DNA of 64,000 bases from contig OZ296651.1 of assembly GCA_965655095.1 (NCBI GenBank), positions 30,628,001 to 30,692,000 of the forward strand. Reading direction: 5' to 3'. This document shows, in pieces, positions 27,231-40,690 of the stretch. The notes beneath the pieces were generated by a model. The model was not told where the DNA came from, did not search any database, and saw nothing but the letters and a program-made list of their open reading frames with translations. The translations under genes and the position numbers were made by a program. Source of the stretch: Haplodiscus bocki (Eukaryota). Position 1 is the first letter of the stretch. Every line of letters begins with the position of its first letter.

Positions 27231-27526
27231 GTCTTCTTGAATAAATATTGATATTTTTGTTCTATCTTTTTAAGGTTCATTTAATAACTTGAATTCCCTC
27301 AGCTGATACTTTGTTCATTTTTTAAAATTTACTGATTATTTTGCGTGTGAGTATGAGTTTGAGAAACGACTCATATGTTGAGTACCGCTTGCTTGAGCCA
27401 CTGATTCATCCGTGGGACGGATGTTTTTCTAATCTGCAGGATTGTTTTCGCTTTGTGAACCGTTGGCTTAGCGACACTAGTCAACACTGTTATCAATTTT
27501 TATTTTTCTTATTGTCAATGTTTGTT

Positions 27527-27930
27527 TTAAACCAAACATAATAAAGCTGATTTAAAATCGAATTTTAACGTTTTGGTTAAGTAAATATGATATAAACAAA
27601 AGCCAGCAGCGTAACTATCAATTCCTCCTGTCTTAGGTTCAGGAAAAACACATTCTTCGTTTTTTCTATTGATCAAATCAGCTAATACCTTGAGAATCCG
27701 CAAGAGCATCCGCAAAAGTCAAAATAACTTTTATTCAGGTAAAAAAACCAATATGTGCCTGTGCTACGGTGGAGACTCACAAAACTTCTTTCTTTTGTAA
27801 GTTTACTATCTCTAACGTATGATTTTTCATTTAAAACTATTTTGTTCAATACCTCTTCTATTCTTTTATTTAATATTGCTTGATTTTTCGAATTCACTTC
27901 ATTAACAAATCCGGTAATAGTTAGTGCCAT
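27527..27930 (-). pseudogene. adenain-like cysteine protease remnant
   Basis: GTYWFFY...YFDFCG (GTHWV...YFDSYG type) and DSYAAGFCLY. Confidence 0.8.
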
Positions 27931-28079
27931 TGTTGTTCCTCTCTTTTCAAATTTTCCTCCACGTCTTTTGTTAGAAGTAAAATAAAGCTTAAAGTCTTCA
28001 TCTTTATCATCATAAATATGGAATAAACCAACGTCATGTAGTAGTTGTATTGTGGCTTTGAGGCAATTATGTCTTTAGG

Positions 28080-29915
28080 AGGTCTTTAAATAGGTTTTGT
28101 ACTAGGTATATCTGAAGGTCCTTCCAAATTAAAGTTTGATAGGATTCAAGTTCATCAAAAAATCATGCTCAACCAATGCGTAATCAGAGACATGATATTT
28201 TAAATTATGTGTTTTTTATTTAATTGCGTAAGTGTACAACTTTTTTTATCTAGTTGATCTATATCGTCTTCAAAAAAGTAGTTCTATGGCGTTAACCTAA
28301 CAACAAAAGTAGCAAAAGAAAGACAGACAGATTTTTTTAGAAATATAATAAGGTTGTTGTTCTTCAGTAAGGGTACAAGGTTTAGTTATCGCTTCTGCTC
28401 TCTTTTGTTTCCGATTTCGTTTTTCTTAATAGTTTTCAGATTTGATTTTCTTTCATGACCAATGCCTTTAATAGCTTTTGTTTTATTTATCAATCTAGCA
28501 TGAACTCTGCAAGTATCACATTAATGATAGTTTTGTGATTTTTTTTTCGTTTCCTTGAAGGTTTTCGGTATTTTCATGTTTCCTTTTGTGGACATAGGGG
28601 CTTTATACTTTAGAATTATGACACTTGACTTTTTGACAAATATATTGTTGGCTTGTATCGAAATTTTTTTGTACATTTATCACATCTATTTTTTTTGTCC
28701 TGTTTCAACTATGTGTTTCTCTGATTGTATTTTTTCTACATGCCTTAGGGGAAAAAATAATGTTCCAAAGACCACAACGTCTTTTTGTGAATTGTCCTAA
28801 TTTCTTTTTGTTTTTCGAATTCTAAATTTTTTGTAGAATTTTTTTTCTTTTTCTTACAACCATCACACATATTCATATTTGTAGTCCTTGACGACAGCTC
28901 AATCTTTCTTTAAGGATTTAAAAATTTTGACTTGATTTTTTAAAAAAAGTGGTTAAGTATATTTGATTGTATATATATCTAATCGGCTTACCTTTTAGGA
29001 AGTCTTCCGCACCTTTCACAAATTTTAGTGATCAGTTTCGCTTCAAATAATTAGAAAAAAATACCAGCATGAACTTCAGCTGCTGTCGTCATTTATTACA
29101 TAATAAAGTTTTCGAATTTTTTTATTCGAAACCTTCATTGAGTTCACGACTGAGGTATAGTAAGTGAAATTAAGTCTGTTGAAAATGCAATTCTTTTTCA
29201 CGTATAAAACAACATGCAATGTTTTTTTTAAAAATTTTTTGTGAAATTGAATATTCTGTTGCTTGAAACAGTAAAAACAAAAAACCATTTATATTGGTTC
29301 TCTTTCATTCATATATGCTCTATCATATAATAGCCTAGCTACGTTCCCACCAAAATCGATGATTAAAAGCTGTTACTAGCTTAAATCACTGATTTGATTC
29401 CGGTTTGCGATAGAATATTGTATTTCTACTGGTTAAGGTCACCTAAAAGGCGTAGTCAGCCTGTCCCCATGTCATTGGTAGACAGTTATGGTGAAATAGC
29501 TCACATTCAGAGGCATATCCCGCGGGAGGGGGAAGTCGGTTTGCTAGAGTCTGCACAAAAACGCATTACGTTATGTTCCTTACCAGGAATGCTCAAGAGA
29601 GTTGGCCAGTAAAGTGTTCTTTTTCATGCAGCTAAATTAAGATATGAAATAGCCCTAGCATAAAGCGTGTGTCTTGTGCAGTGAAAATACACTTAAGGCT
29701 AGGCGTGTATTTTCTTTCATCTTAAACAGGGTTCAATTGTTTTGTGTGTGAATGTAAAGCAGTCAATATAGGAAAACATGACGTCATTTTTTTGTTTTGA
29801 GTCGGTTTTTGCGGGTAAATGTGAAAGAAACTATATAGTGAATTAGAATGTTTTTTTTTGGCGCAGAAGTTTTTTGATTGGGGTCTGTATCTACAATGTG
29901 GATTATATCTCTGCT
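28080..29915 (-). repeat. right TIR of the Maverick
   Basis: Inverted copy of 14985-16790. Confidence 0.88.
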
Positions 29916-32900
29916 CTTTTTTTTCCATTTTCCCGGACTGTTCCACGTGATTGTAATTTGACCACTCCAGTTCCCAATTACCAGTGGTATTCAAAATGGG
30001 TGTTCTTATTAGATGTTGACATCGGTTGCAGCTCCAGTGTGCAATAATTCACTCTTTTTTGATGTTGTATTTGTCAATTCAACAGAGCTAAGTCGTAAAG
30101 TCAGACAAATCGTTGTCGCTGAGTGGTGAAAGTATTCTTCCATCTGAAGTGAGTAAATAGTGTAAAACTGATTATGCTAGTATTCGTCGTTTTGTTACAA
30201 AAACTGTGGTTAAATAACACTTCTTCTGATGGCATAAATTGAGAAATGAACTTAAGGCTGAAAATGCGCTGTTAGATTAATCTGTCATGCCTAATGTTTA
30301 TTGTCACTAGCCCTAGATATGTACTTAAAAATAAGTACATTTTGTAGTTGGAATTTGACTGAATCCGTTATCTTTTTTAACTGGAAGAATTTCTAATTAT
30401 TTCATGTAAGAACCGCTAGTTTTTATCTGCTTTTAACTTCTAAATAAAATATGATCGTTTTCAAGCGTTGCCCGTCATTAAGGAGAAAGACTTACAATGC
30501 GTCAAAAAATTGGGTTCAAAATTGCCAGGGGTTGAAATTTAAATTGTGATCTGGTGAATTTTTAGTTGGTTGAAGTTGTATGGGATGGAAACTGGGAAAG
30601 TGGGTGCAAATTGTGTAAGTTCATAGTGTTACGGTTGGCATTGCATTGGTTGAATTGCCCTGACACCGAATTTACTAACCCCTTTTCACTGTATGTGAAA
30701 ATCGGCAAGTATTAATTTCCTTGGAATTTTTGTATTTACTGCATATTGTTAGATTGTTTTCATTTTGTCAACATGCTTTGCTCTGCAACTCATCTTGTTT
30801 GCTCTGCAATTGAACTAGGATAACATCAACAGTTCGGTATAATATTCCTATAAAAATAAAGTAATCCATGCATACGATACGGTGCTGTTGTCGTAAACCA
30901 TTCCGCACTTATTACCAGTTTCAAACGATTTTATCAACCACTGTGATAAAAAGTAGATAAAAACTGAGTTGATTCATTAAACAACAGCGTTATATTATGC
31001 AGAATAGAAAATATGTAAAATTTATTTTTGCACAATTCGTAAAAAATAAATCATCATCGCTTTTTATGCTTTTCTTGTATAATACAAAGTCAGAAAAAAA
31101 TCATAGGTGATAAAATTCACTGCCTAATTTTTAAAAAATTTTCTGCAGCTTTTTTTCATTACCTAATCCTGCATCTAATGTGTTGTATTCTATGTTGTAT
31201 CTTTGTGCCTGTAGTGCGTTTACTTCTACTACAAACTGACAGGATAACAAATGGAATGCAATTATTTATGAATTTGCAATTGCGAGCAGATCCCACGAAC
31301 ATCTCGGTGGCATTTCTTTCAACAAAAAATCCCATTGGGTTTTCATCGGGTGGAGAACACTAATCCCGTCCGTAGAAACAATGAAAGTCCACAAATTGCG
31401 AGGCCTAATGTAGCGTAACGTTCTTTTTTGAATGACACTTCTTGACAGCTGAGAAACCTTCATTAAAAACTGTGGGTCACTGAGCGTTTCTGCGATGATT
31501 ATTTTTTAGTCAGCATGTATCTAACCTATTAATAACATTGATGCAGAACTTTTGTCTCCCTCCCTAACCCACACATTGCCAAATGCTTATTGAAATTAAG
31601 TTTCCAATGGATAACAAAAACATTTTCCAAGCTTTCTGTCATATATCTGATGAAATTTTGAATAATAATACCAAAAAATAATGCATTGTGAAGAAAATTA
31701 CATTAATAGTTTGAAGAAAAAAAGATGTGTATGGGGAAAAGGAGACCATTGATGCATAACAGGGAGCCTTTTTTGAGAAAAAAAAATCTACTTATTTGCT
31801 GCCCGCCCCTTCTCTGTGAATTCGCTTGGAAATAAAATTGCGCGGAAAAACTGACACATGTAGCGTTGAGTAGTTCATTAAAAATTCTGCCGGCAAATCA
31901 AAGTTACATCGACATAGGGGGCGGTGTTACTTGATTGACGCGGCGGGACCGAGTTTACTAACCACCTGGCCAAGAAAGCTTATTACTGCCAAAATTGTCA
32001 AATTCGCGGTTATAAACTGTCTTTTCAACCATGAAAAATTCAATATTCCCTCTCAGATATTTCCCAGTGCTGACTGCATTTGCTAGAACCCGAGGCTGCT
32101 GTGAGGGGCTCGAAACGGGCTCAAAGGGGGAATTTGAGTTGTTTTAACCTAAATGGACGCATGGGTGAATAAATCCCTTGTCTTTACTTGCCTTAATTCT
32201 GCATATTTTATTTTATTTTATTTTCCCCCATGAAAGATTCATTACTTAGCTTCGCTTCCCAATTTCGCTGTCTTGTTGCTGCAGGCTTCCATAAACCAAA
32301 GAGCTCTGGTTGAATCGAATCCAGCAGTTGCAAATATTATCCGTTTATAAATTATTATAACCACAGTGTGCTGCCATATCTCTGATCAAGAAGTTATCGC
32401 ACGAGGCATAGCTAAATACTCTATTGTAACTTCCCACGTAGAGTAAAACTGCAAAATGCAATCTATTAACGACTCCAATTTTATAACGCAGTTAAAGCCA
32501 ACTACTTTTGATTATCAATGTTAGTAACAATATTTTTGTTGTTCATTTTCTTTTTGTTTCATTCTCGGTTAAAAGAAGGTGAAAAATCTTTGGGTCGCAT
32601 AAAAGTTCACTGTTTTATGCAATATGTTCTTTTAAACTATATAGGTTGAAAGAAGTTTACTAACAAGTGCCAACATGTGATTGAAAGGTTTACATATTTA
32701 CAAACTGTTATGAAAGTCTCCAGGATATAACCATAGTAGCTTTTATGCTGCGTATTCTTTCGAGCATCCAACCTCTGGATAAGAGCCCTTTTACCCAGCC
32801 CAGTATGGAACCGAGCAAGGAAGTATTCAAAAACATGTAGACATCTTTCCTAAAATTGGTCCATTAACAAATAATCTCAATAAAATCTCCGGAATGATAG

Positions 32901-33142
32901 TGTATTTTTTTCACTATCACAGTCGAAGGTGAAGATATTATCAGCAAGATGTAGTGTCCGCTTTTTTCCATATTTGCAAATATGGGGTCTGATGTGAATC
33001 CACTCCACTGATATTGAGCCCCAAGCAATGATGGTATTGCTCATTGAATTAAGCGGCCAATCATCCCAGTTGAGCTCCGTGCTGACTGCATAAACGTCTA
33101 CCATTGTATAGCTTGACGGAAATATTTGCAGAGCCTATATTT

Positions 33143-34258
33143 GGGGGCAGGACAAAACAGCCGATTTTAAATGAGACAAAACCGCCGATTTTGGAAACGG
33201 GACAAAACCGCCGATTTCGAAAATGAGACAAAACCGCCGATTTTGGAAACGGGACAAAACCGCCGATTTCGAAAATGAGACAAAACCGCCGATTTTGGAA
33301 ACGGGACAAAACCGCCGATTTCGAAAATGAGACAAAACCGCCGATTTCGAAAATGAGACAAAACCGCCGATTTCGAAAATGAGATTAAAGAGCCGTTTTT
33401 AAAGTGAGACAAAACCGCCGATTTTCTAGAAGAGAACAAATTGCCATCAAAATTTGTTTCTCTGATAAAAGCGTCTTGGCCTAATTATCGATAATTAGCA
33501 ATTATATTACCAATTACTATAAGAAGCTGAGATATCACTATCTAAATGCAATTTCCTTCAGTTTTTGCCGCTAATAAATTTTCGAGAACGCCAACAACAA
33601 AGATTCTATTGAAACCCTCGCTTCCATTTAACCTAAATTTGTAGTACCCACCTATCTTTTGTCTACCAAACTCCTCTGAATAAATAAAATTTCTGAAAAA
33701 ACTAAAACGCCATTACCAAAAAATTCAGAACTGGTCTTTTCGGATATTTTCGGTTCATGCAATTGTGTATCAGGAAAAATCAGAAAATTATTTGGTGCAA
33801 AAAATAAAATAGGTTGTTTTTTGTGAGAATTTCTCAGTTCCATTGGCATTTCCTTAGATGACAGAAACTTTAGTCTTGAAGATGTTGGAATTATCAAATT
33901 TCATAATTTTTTGTTCGTGGCCGTCCAGAATTTTTTAAACTTGGCTTTGGTTCAAACTTTTTAAACTTTGGGTATTTTAGGCTTATAGTTATTTTGGGTT
34001 TGGTATTTAGAGAGTATAACCATTTCATTAGTATATGAGTAATTTAATTGCTAATTATCCGTAATTAGGCCAAGACATTTTTATCTTGAACAACCTTTAT
34101 TTTTACAAAGACTAGCGATCTGTAATATTAAGAATCGGCGGTTTTGTCCCACTTTAAAATCGGCGGTTTTGTCTCATTATCAAAATCGGATATTTTGTCC
34201 CGTTTTCAAAATCGGCTGTTTTGTCCCGTTCTAAAATCGGCGGTTTTGTCTCGCATCC
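33143..34258. mobile_element. non-autonomous foldback/Mutator-like DNA transposon with subterminal 26-bp tandem repeats
   Basis: (GACAAAACCGCCGATTTYGRAAAYGR)n at 33151-33425, inverted at 34133-34251; inner inverted repeat 33471-33504 / 34046-34082; 8-9-bp TSD (c)ctatattt at 33134-33142 and 34258-34266. Confidence 0.85.
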
Positions 34259-34303
34259 CTATATTTTAGTACCTACATCTCCTTCTAATGTTATTAAGAC
34301 TAT

Positions 34304-34534
34304 CTGCACACGGGTCGAACTTTTTTGGGAAGACGCCGTTCTTTCCAGTATAGTGGCGTAAACGCCACTAACGCCGCTAACTTTTTAGCAAAACACCGTT
34401 AAAGCCCTTATACCGACAAGGACCGCCGTTAACGCCGCTATTTTTCCGGTTAATAACGGCTTCTGTGGCTAATTTTGACCGCCGTTAACACCCTTACACC
34501 GGAAAAAATTCGGCCAATATTTCGACCCGGGCAG
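34304..34534. mobile_element. small MITE-like element
   Basis: ctgcacacgggtcgaa ... ttcgacccgggcag termini; internal CGCCGYTAA repeats. Confidence 0.45.
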
Positions 34535-35299
34535 TTTTGCCTATCGTTTTGTTTTCTCTGAATCCTGCTATTCTATTATTGTTTGAAAAAAAGGGCTCAA
34601 AACAGCTGAAAATCACTTTGTGGACATCGAGCGAAGATCAGAACTTTGTTTCTTTGAGACTATCAAATCATATTCAGCACCTAACAAAACGGCAACCTTT
34701 TTAAAAACTACCCTCACAATTTCATCTCTGACAAGAACAGAGTCATAGGTGAGAATGATCGATAATCAAAGCTACTCCTCGCATTGACTAGGACTAAGAT
34801 TTTCTTCACCAAAACTTTCGAGAAGTAAGTCTATATAGAAACAGAAAAGTTGCTGGCGCCTAGAATCCTACAAAGGTGTTCTATGAACGTCCCGTGCAAA
34901 AATGACAAGAGTTCTAAATCTCTACGATAGATCAGAAACTAGCTTTCGAAATTCTTCATCAAACTTTACAAGGAAAGGATTAGGCGGAACATTAAAGATG
35001 AAAAACTTCAATGTAAACAAAAATTTTTGAACTTGAAAAAAATATCATTTTCTCACACTTGCAATCACTCGATGAAAATGTGGACAGAAGCTGGGCAAAC
35101 CTCAAAAAATCGAACATTCCTTCACAACAGCGGCTGCAAACATTTTATACGAAACTTTGATTGAGTGATTGGTCGCATAGAAACAATGCTTTTAAGTTGG
35201 TTACCGATATGTAATTTGATTTTTTTAGCTACCTTCAGATACAAAAATCAAGCCCATTTCCTTACGCGAGTTTTTTTTAGAAAAGATTCTGATATAATT

Positions 35300-38200
35300 A
35301 GTGAACCCATATTTTTGTGCCAATATATACCGGAGTGTTTTTCATCTTTCCGCCCCCATTTGACTTTATTAACTTTCAAACCCTGAAGAAAAGAAATTTT
35401 TGTCATATTAGTTTCGATTGTTGAAATTGAAACCCTTTCATAAAGATTCTTTTTCAACTGTTGAGGTTTGGAATTCCAACTCAATCCCCTTGTGACCCAA
35501 AACTGTCTCTCTTTTCAATGTATGCCTTCCTCGGAAAACTTTGTGCTCTCACATTGAAGTTTGATGCTAGTAAAATAAATCGAGAGTTCAGTTTTAAATA
35601 ATGTAGGACTTCCTAATCCGTATGACTGCTTGACTAAATTGGTACAACAGAGACCTCCAACATAGAACCTTTTCCTAATTGAAAATACGAAGCACAATTG
35701 GTGTTTGTTTAATAAACTTGTTCGAGAAAAGTTACCATTTCTCTGCATCAGAGTGATTTTTCCGAAATGCAACAATTTTTCTTGTTTTTGTGAACGACTA
35801 ATGTAAAACAAATGAATGAATTGAATGATAATCATCCAGTGTTATCTGACTTTGATGGTGCCACTAGTCTTTGATTATGATTAAATGGTGTTTTGTGACG
35901 GCCCTTTCTGCTTTTTTTACCCTAATCATCAAAAGAAACTAATTCATTAATTTTTTTGGAACAAATAAACCAATTTTGCTGAAGTTAAGTTAGTTCATTG
36001 TGCTTCATGATAATGTTCCAGTTAACAACGTTTACAGCGTTTTATTTCTTCCATGAGATTTTGAGCTTTTTTCCTTGCACTTATCAAACGGGGTTTCGTT
36101 ATTGTTGAACAGTTTATACTATGGTTCTTGTAACAACCGGTCCCAAGTATTTTCAATGCTTGAACAAGGAATGTGGTCTCAAACGCGATACTTTGTCTCC
36201 ATAACTTCCTTGAAGTCGACATGAAGAAACGATAGTCAACTGAAAGAGGAAATGAGGTCACCAGAGTTCACTGTTCGAGAAAAATTGAGAAAACGAGCTG
36301 ATAACATCAACACCTGAGAATTGTTTCAAAATATTCCAATTGAGTCCGTTCCTATAAAACAAGTTTAGGGCTGATTGCAAATAGTACAGGACAGGTGATC
36401 ACAAATAAGTAGTCAGGAAATCAAGAAAACCCTTGCATTTTGCAAACTACCTGACAACCAAAACATCATAGATTTCGAAAGAACAGGCCTTTTAACCTTG
36501 AACAGCAAAAGTTTGATTGATTGAAGTTTGAAGACAAGGTACTACTATGTCATCTAGCGCAGAGGCACATTTGCTCCGGTGAAGCACGATTTTTTGAAGG
36601 AGAAAGAAATCGAATCTTCCGAAAGAAAGTAATGCCACCTTCCACTCGTAGAATGCATATCTGGATATATAGACGACTATTTCCAAGCGTCATATATCAA
36701 ATCATTACACCTTGTTGAAGAGTCATATAAGAAGCGTTAACTGAACGAAGCAGTTGAGCATTAGAAAGGACAACGTTGATAACACACAACGAATCGAGCA
36801 CTTCTGCATTGTATAAACGGACTCTATAGGAGCAGCATACACCTGCAGATTTATCAACCATTTCAGAAACAACAAAGTGTCTCTGTTCGAATTTATTTTT
36901 TGCCGGAAAAACCAAACGATACTTGAAATGACCAAAACTGCAAAAGAATGCCTCCAAAAGTTAATCAGCTTCTGCTGGGTGCAGACTCGAACTAGAGGCC
37001 ATTTTATTGGACGGGAAAGTGCACGCTGAATGGATGTTTTTGCAAAACAATTTTGAGATTAGAAAGAGAAAATTGGAGACGGAGCACGAAGATCAAAAGA
37101 AGCTCACGCAGTTTCGACAATTATAGGACAAAACACTTGGAAGCTGAAACAAATCTAAGTTGGAAACGAAAACTAGCTCTCCCGGAGCAAATTACTTAGT
37201 GTTTTTCCACCAACAGAGTGAAAAACAAAATGAATGATTGAGTATACCAAATATGCACAAAGATTCAGTTTTCAACTTTGCCCCCTGATTTTGCCAGAAG
37301 ACTTTTATACAATTGGAGAAGCTTCCATATCAGCAGCTGCAAAAGAGAATGAAGCCAAACTAGATGCTCTCAGGTTCAACAGAGAACCAAAAAAGTCCAT
37401 GTACTGGACTTTGATTTCACAGATTGTTTGTTCAAGGTACTTTAACAGTGACATGAACCGCAGCACTTTTTGCTGTTGCTTCACAAGATCTACCGAGCCA
37501 GTCCACATTTAGTCAGCCAGTTTCTTTACCATCTGTTGGAATGAAACTGCTGAAGTATACTTTGACGGCATTGCTGTTGATCCAGTCGAATGAATAGAAC
37601 GGTTTGGCTAATTTCTCGTAACAAGTGCCTGGTCTTTTGCAGATTATATCGTGACAATGAATCTCCTTGTATTTCTTATGGTCGAAAACGCAAAATCTGC
37701 TTTTAATCGCTTCAGCTGGAGCACAGCAGATAATATTACTGAAGGTTTTGCTACACTAAAATTGATTGTCAATGTACAACTCAAAATGCTGCGTTCCTAT
37801 TTTTTATTGGACCAGAAGGTTTTACAGAGTTGATAGAAGTATCACACAATATTTCGTTTTGTGTGCAGGTGTGAAACAGCATAGTTGCGGAGCTGGATAC
37901 CCAATGGTGTCGCGAGGGCCTTGCCCAACGTTTTGAAGGCCCCAGGATAATGGTAATTGCAGAACCACAGTCCGAGTTTTTCCAGAAATAATTTTTTCAT
38001 ATCTCGTCGAAAGTCATTGCTAAAGTTCCATACAATTTGAAGTCACAGTTGCCACTAATTGGTGATAGAAGCAAAATCAACTGAAGAGAAAAGAATAAGT
38101 TGCAAACTTGGCTGCATAGGCTCATGATGAACCATATGCAGAGAATGACAACTGTCAAATGAAAAATGGCGATCACAGAAAATGGAATTGCAATCAGTTC

Positions 38201-39300
38201 ATGAAAATGGGAGCAAGAGAAAGGAACGGGCTTTTGAAAAAACTGACACAATCTGAAGAAGTGTATGCAGAGGCTGGTTGTAAAAGAGAACTCAACAGAT
38301 CACCGGACAAAAGTGGAAGTTGTCCATTGAAAATACAATTGAAAATAGCTAGATGGTGACCTTTTTGAGGTTAGTGCGTCAAGTTTAAGGAAAAGAGCTT
38401 GAGGTCAAGCTCGAAACAATAAATGAAGAACTTCTAAAGCCCTTCAGGTTTGAAATCTAACAATGCTGGTGATGTACTTTTGGCAAGTCGACCACTCGTT
38501 GAACGAAGCTGTCGGTGTTCTCCGAACCACTTTGCAACAGGTTATGAGTCCCTAGTAAGTCCACTCACAATTTACATATAATAAGAAAAACTATCAAAAT
38601 TTGTTGGCTTTCATAACTCGCAAAAATGAAACTGAAGATTTCTCGTGGGTTTGTTTCTTGGATCTCCCTGTTGACTACCTGATCTGGAGCACCAAAATCC
38701 AAGCCGTACCACAAGGCGAAAGTCTTCAATGTACTCACTGTTGAAAATTGTCCTGCAAACTGTCCACACACACCCGGCGTGGAGTCCACAAATGAAAAAC
38801 GAGCGCTCAGAATCTTTGAGTGGTATTCTCTTGGTAAATTCTGCCAAGCTATTACAAGAACCAGGGTCCTCCAGCATACTAGCAATTGGCCATACTCGAT
38901 CAAAGTATTTTTGGTATCAATGGAACGTTCCGAATCACAGGAACCATATTTTTTTTCGAGTGAGTGCAGAGAGCATCATTTCAACGAGGAACCTGACGGA
39001 TGCAGAGACAGCGTAAATATATCTGAGAACAAAAATGATGAAATCATGAAAACCACATTCATTCAAGTTTGTGTCTCGGTATATGTGGGTTCGAATAATT
39101 CCAAACTAGTTTGAGATACAAACACTTTGTTGTGCTGCTGAATAAGAATGTTCAAATTCAATTTCCGAAATTTTCTTTGTACAAAATAGGATTTTTTCGT
39201 TTTTCAGTATATCACTGGAAAAATCGAACGAATGAATATTGAGTTTTGAAGGCCAAATGATTTTGGATGCAAAGTGGATTTCTGGTAAAACGCGGAATTG
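35300..39300 (-). mobile_element. decayed BEL/Pao LTR retrotransposon pol region
   Basis: Protease-like MLEDPGS; RT-like LLNLRASSLASFSFAAADMEA; FETTFLV; LGSPTLFKTE and LSWNSKP integrase remnants; order PR-RT-RH-IN. Confidence 0.65.
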
Positions 39301-40021
39301 CACAAATGACAGGATATCTCTCAATCTGTGATCCTGATCAGCTAACTGACGAACTCAAACCGTGGTTGAGTTCCGACGCCCATGCATCCAGCTGCAGTGT
39401 AATTGGTTGCTGACGTCAATCACAACAGTCAAATTATCGTAAGGAAATGTCAAAATGGTTTTTTTTTGGATTTTTTTGCCTCAGAAGCCAAGAAATTCTG
39501 CCTTAAGTAATACCAAAAACTACGAAAGTCAATGATAAACACGTGTGCGGATAGTGCGGTAAAACGGTAACGCGACGGTAACGCGCTCAACAACGAGGTA
39601 ACGCCAGATACTGCTCAACGTCAACAACATACAATTTCACGTTCACGTAAACGTAAAATTGAGAAGCAATGGTCAAATGAACTTGCACGTGTGTTTTTAT
39701 GCTAGTATTTCCTTTTATTCATCGCCTGCTAATAGCCTAGTGGTATTTGTTACATTGACAAAATTTAAGGCTGTGCTTGCATAGTCATCGTGTTTGTGGT
39801 TCACGATTAACCAACGTCTCACTGTCTTTGTAACATCACGCGCGAAAGCTATATGGAGGAACTGTCTATGTCTTGAAGCTTGAAAAAGTAGAATTGATCG
39901 ACGGGGATATCCACCAGGAACGCTCCCTCGCTAGACAGCTGAAAAGCTCGACACGAAGGTTGGCCAGTGGATATTTTTGTCCTAATGTGAAAACACGATT
40001 TCTGAGAAATACACACACTAT

Positions 40022-40330
40022 GACAACATACCTTAAACATGTAGAGATTATAAAATTTTAAGCTATCTTGACGTGTGATATGCCATTGGATAGCCCGTTG
40101 AAAAACTAGATTACCCTGGAAATTTCAACCTTGTATCTACTATAATCTTCGAGAAAATTGACAAAATCAGTATATGTCGACATACCTTAAACATGTAGAG
40201 ATTATAAAATTTTGAGCTATAACAAAGTGTGATATATCATTGGACAGCCCATTGAAAATGAAGTTTACGCTGAAAAATTCAACCCTGTATCTGCTACCAT
40301 TTTCGAGAAATTAACAAATCAGTATTTGTA
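40022..40330. repeat. two ~154-bp direct repeats in the terminal non-coding region (mirrored at about 55940-56246)
   Basis: cataccttaaacatgtagagattataaaatttt at 40027 and 40181. Confidence 0.85.
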
Positions 40331-40690
40331 AAGTAAAAGAAAAAATTAAACTTATTCATACAAGTATGCGAACAATTATAACATCATTCGTATTTGAATA
40401 GTTGTAATTATACACTCAACACACGAGACAACGTGTTCGAATACTTATATCAACACCAACCCACATAATGCGGATCATTGTTAACAATAATACTATTATA
40501 AATGAATGTTGATAACATTTATAAATCTGATTCCGATTTTGAAGATTTAGTTTACAGTGGTAAAAATCTCCAAGTTGTTTATTTCGACAATATTGAACAA
40601 TTTAAACAAACCGAAAAAAACTCGATAAATTGGTGGTTTTGACCACGACCCTAACACCATACAATATATCATAATTGAACCTAGAATAGA

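Larger units (their letters stand above)
14985..29915. mobile_element. decayed Maverick/Polinton (adintovirus-like endogenous element)
   Basis: Termini AGCAGAGATA...TATCTCTGCT; ~1.8-kb TIRs; remnants of pPolB, integrase, major capsid, packaging ATPase, minor capsids and protease; possible eroded TSD ccttct/cttttt. Confidence 0.92.

Noticed and set aside
32085-32125. Hammerhead-like CTGCTGTGAG..CTCGAAAC
   Set aside because: The CUGANGA core is mismatched and no NUH cleavage site with stem III could be built.
33061-33439. Repetitive ORFs (SKSAVLSHF/RNRRF)
   Set aside because: Translations of the 26-bp tandem repeat.
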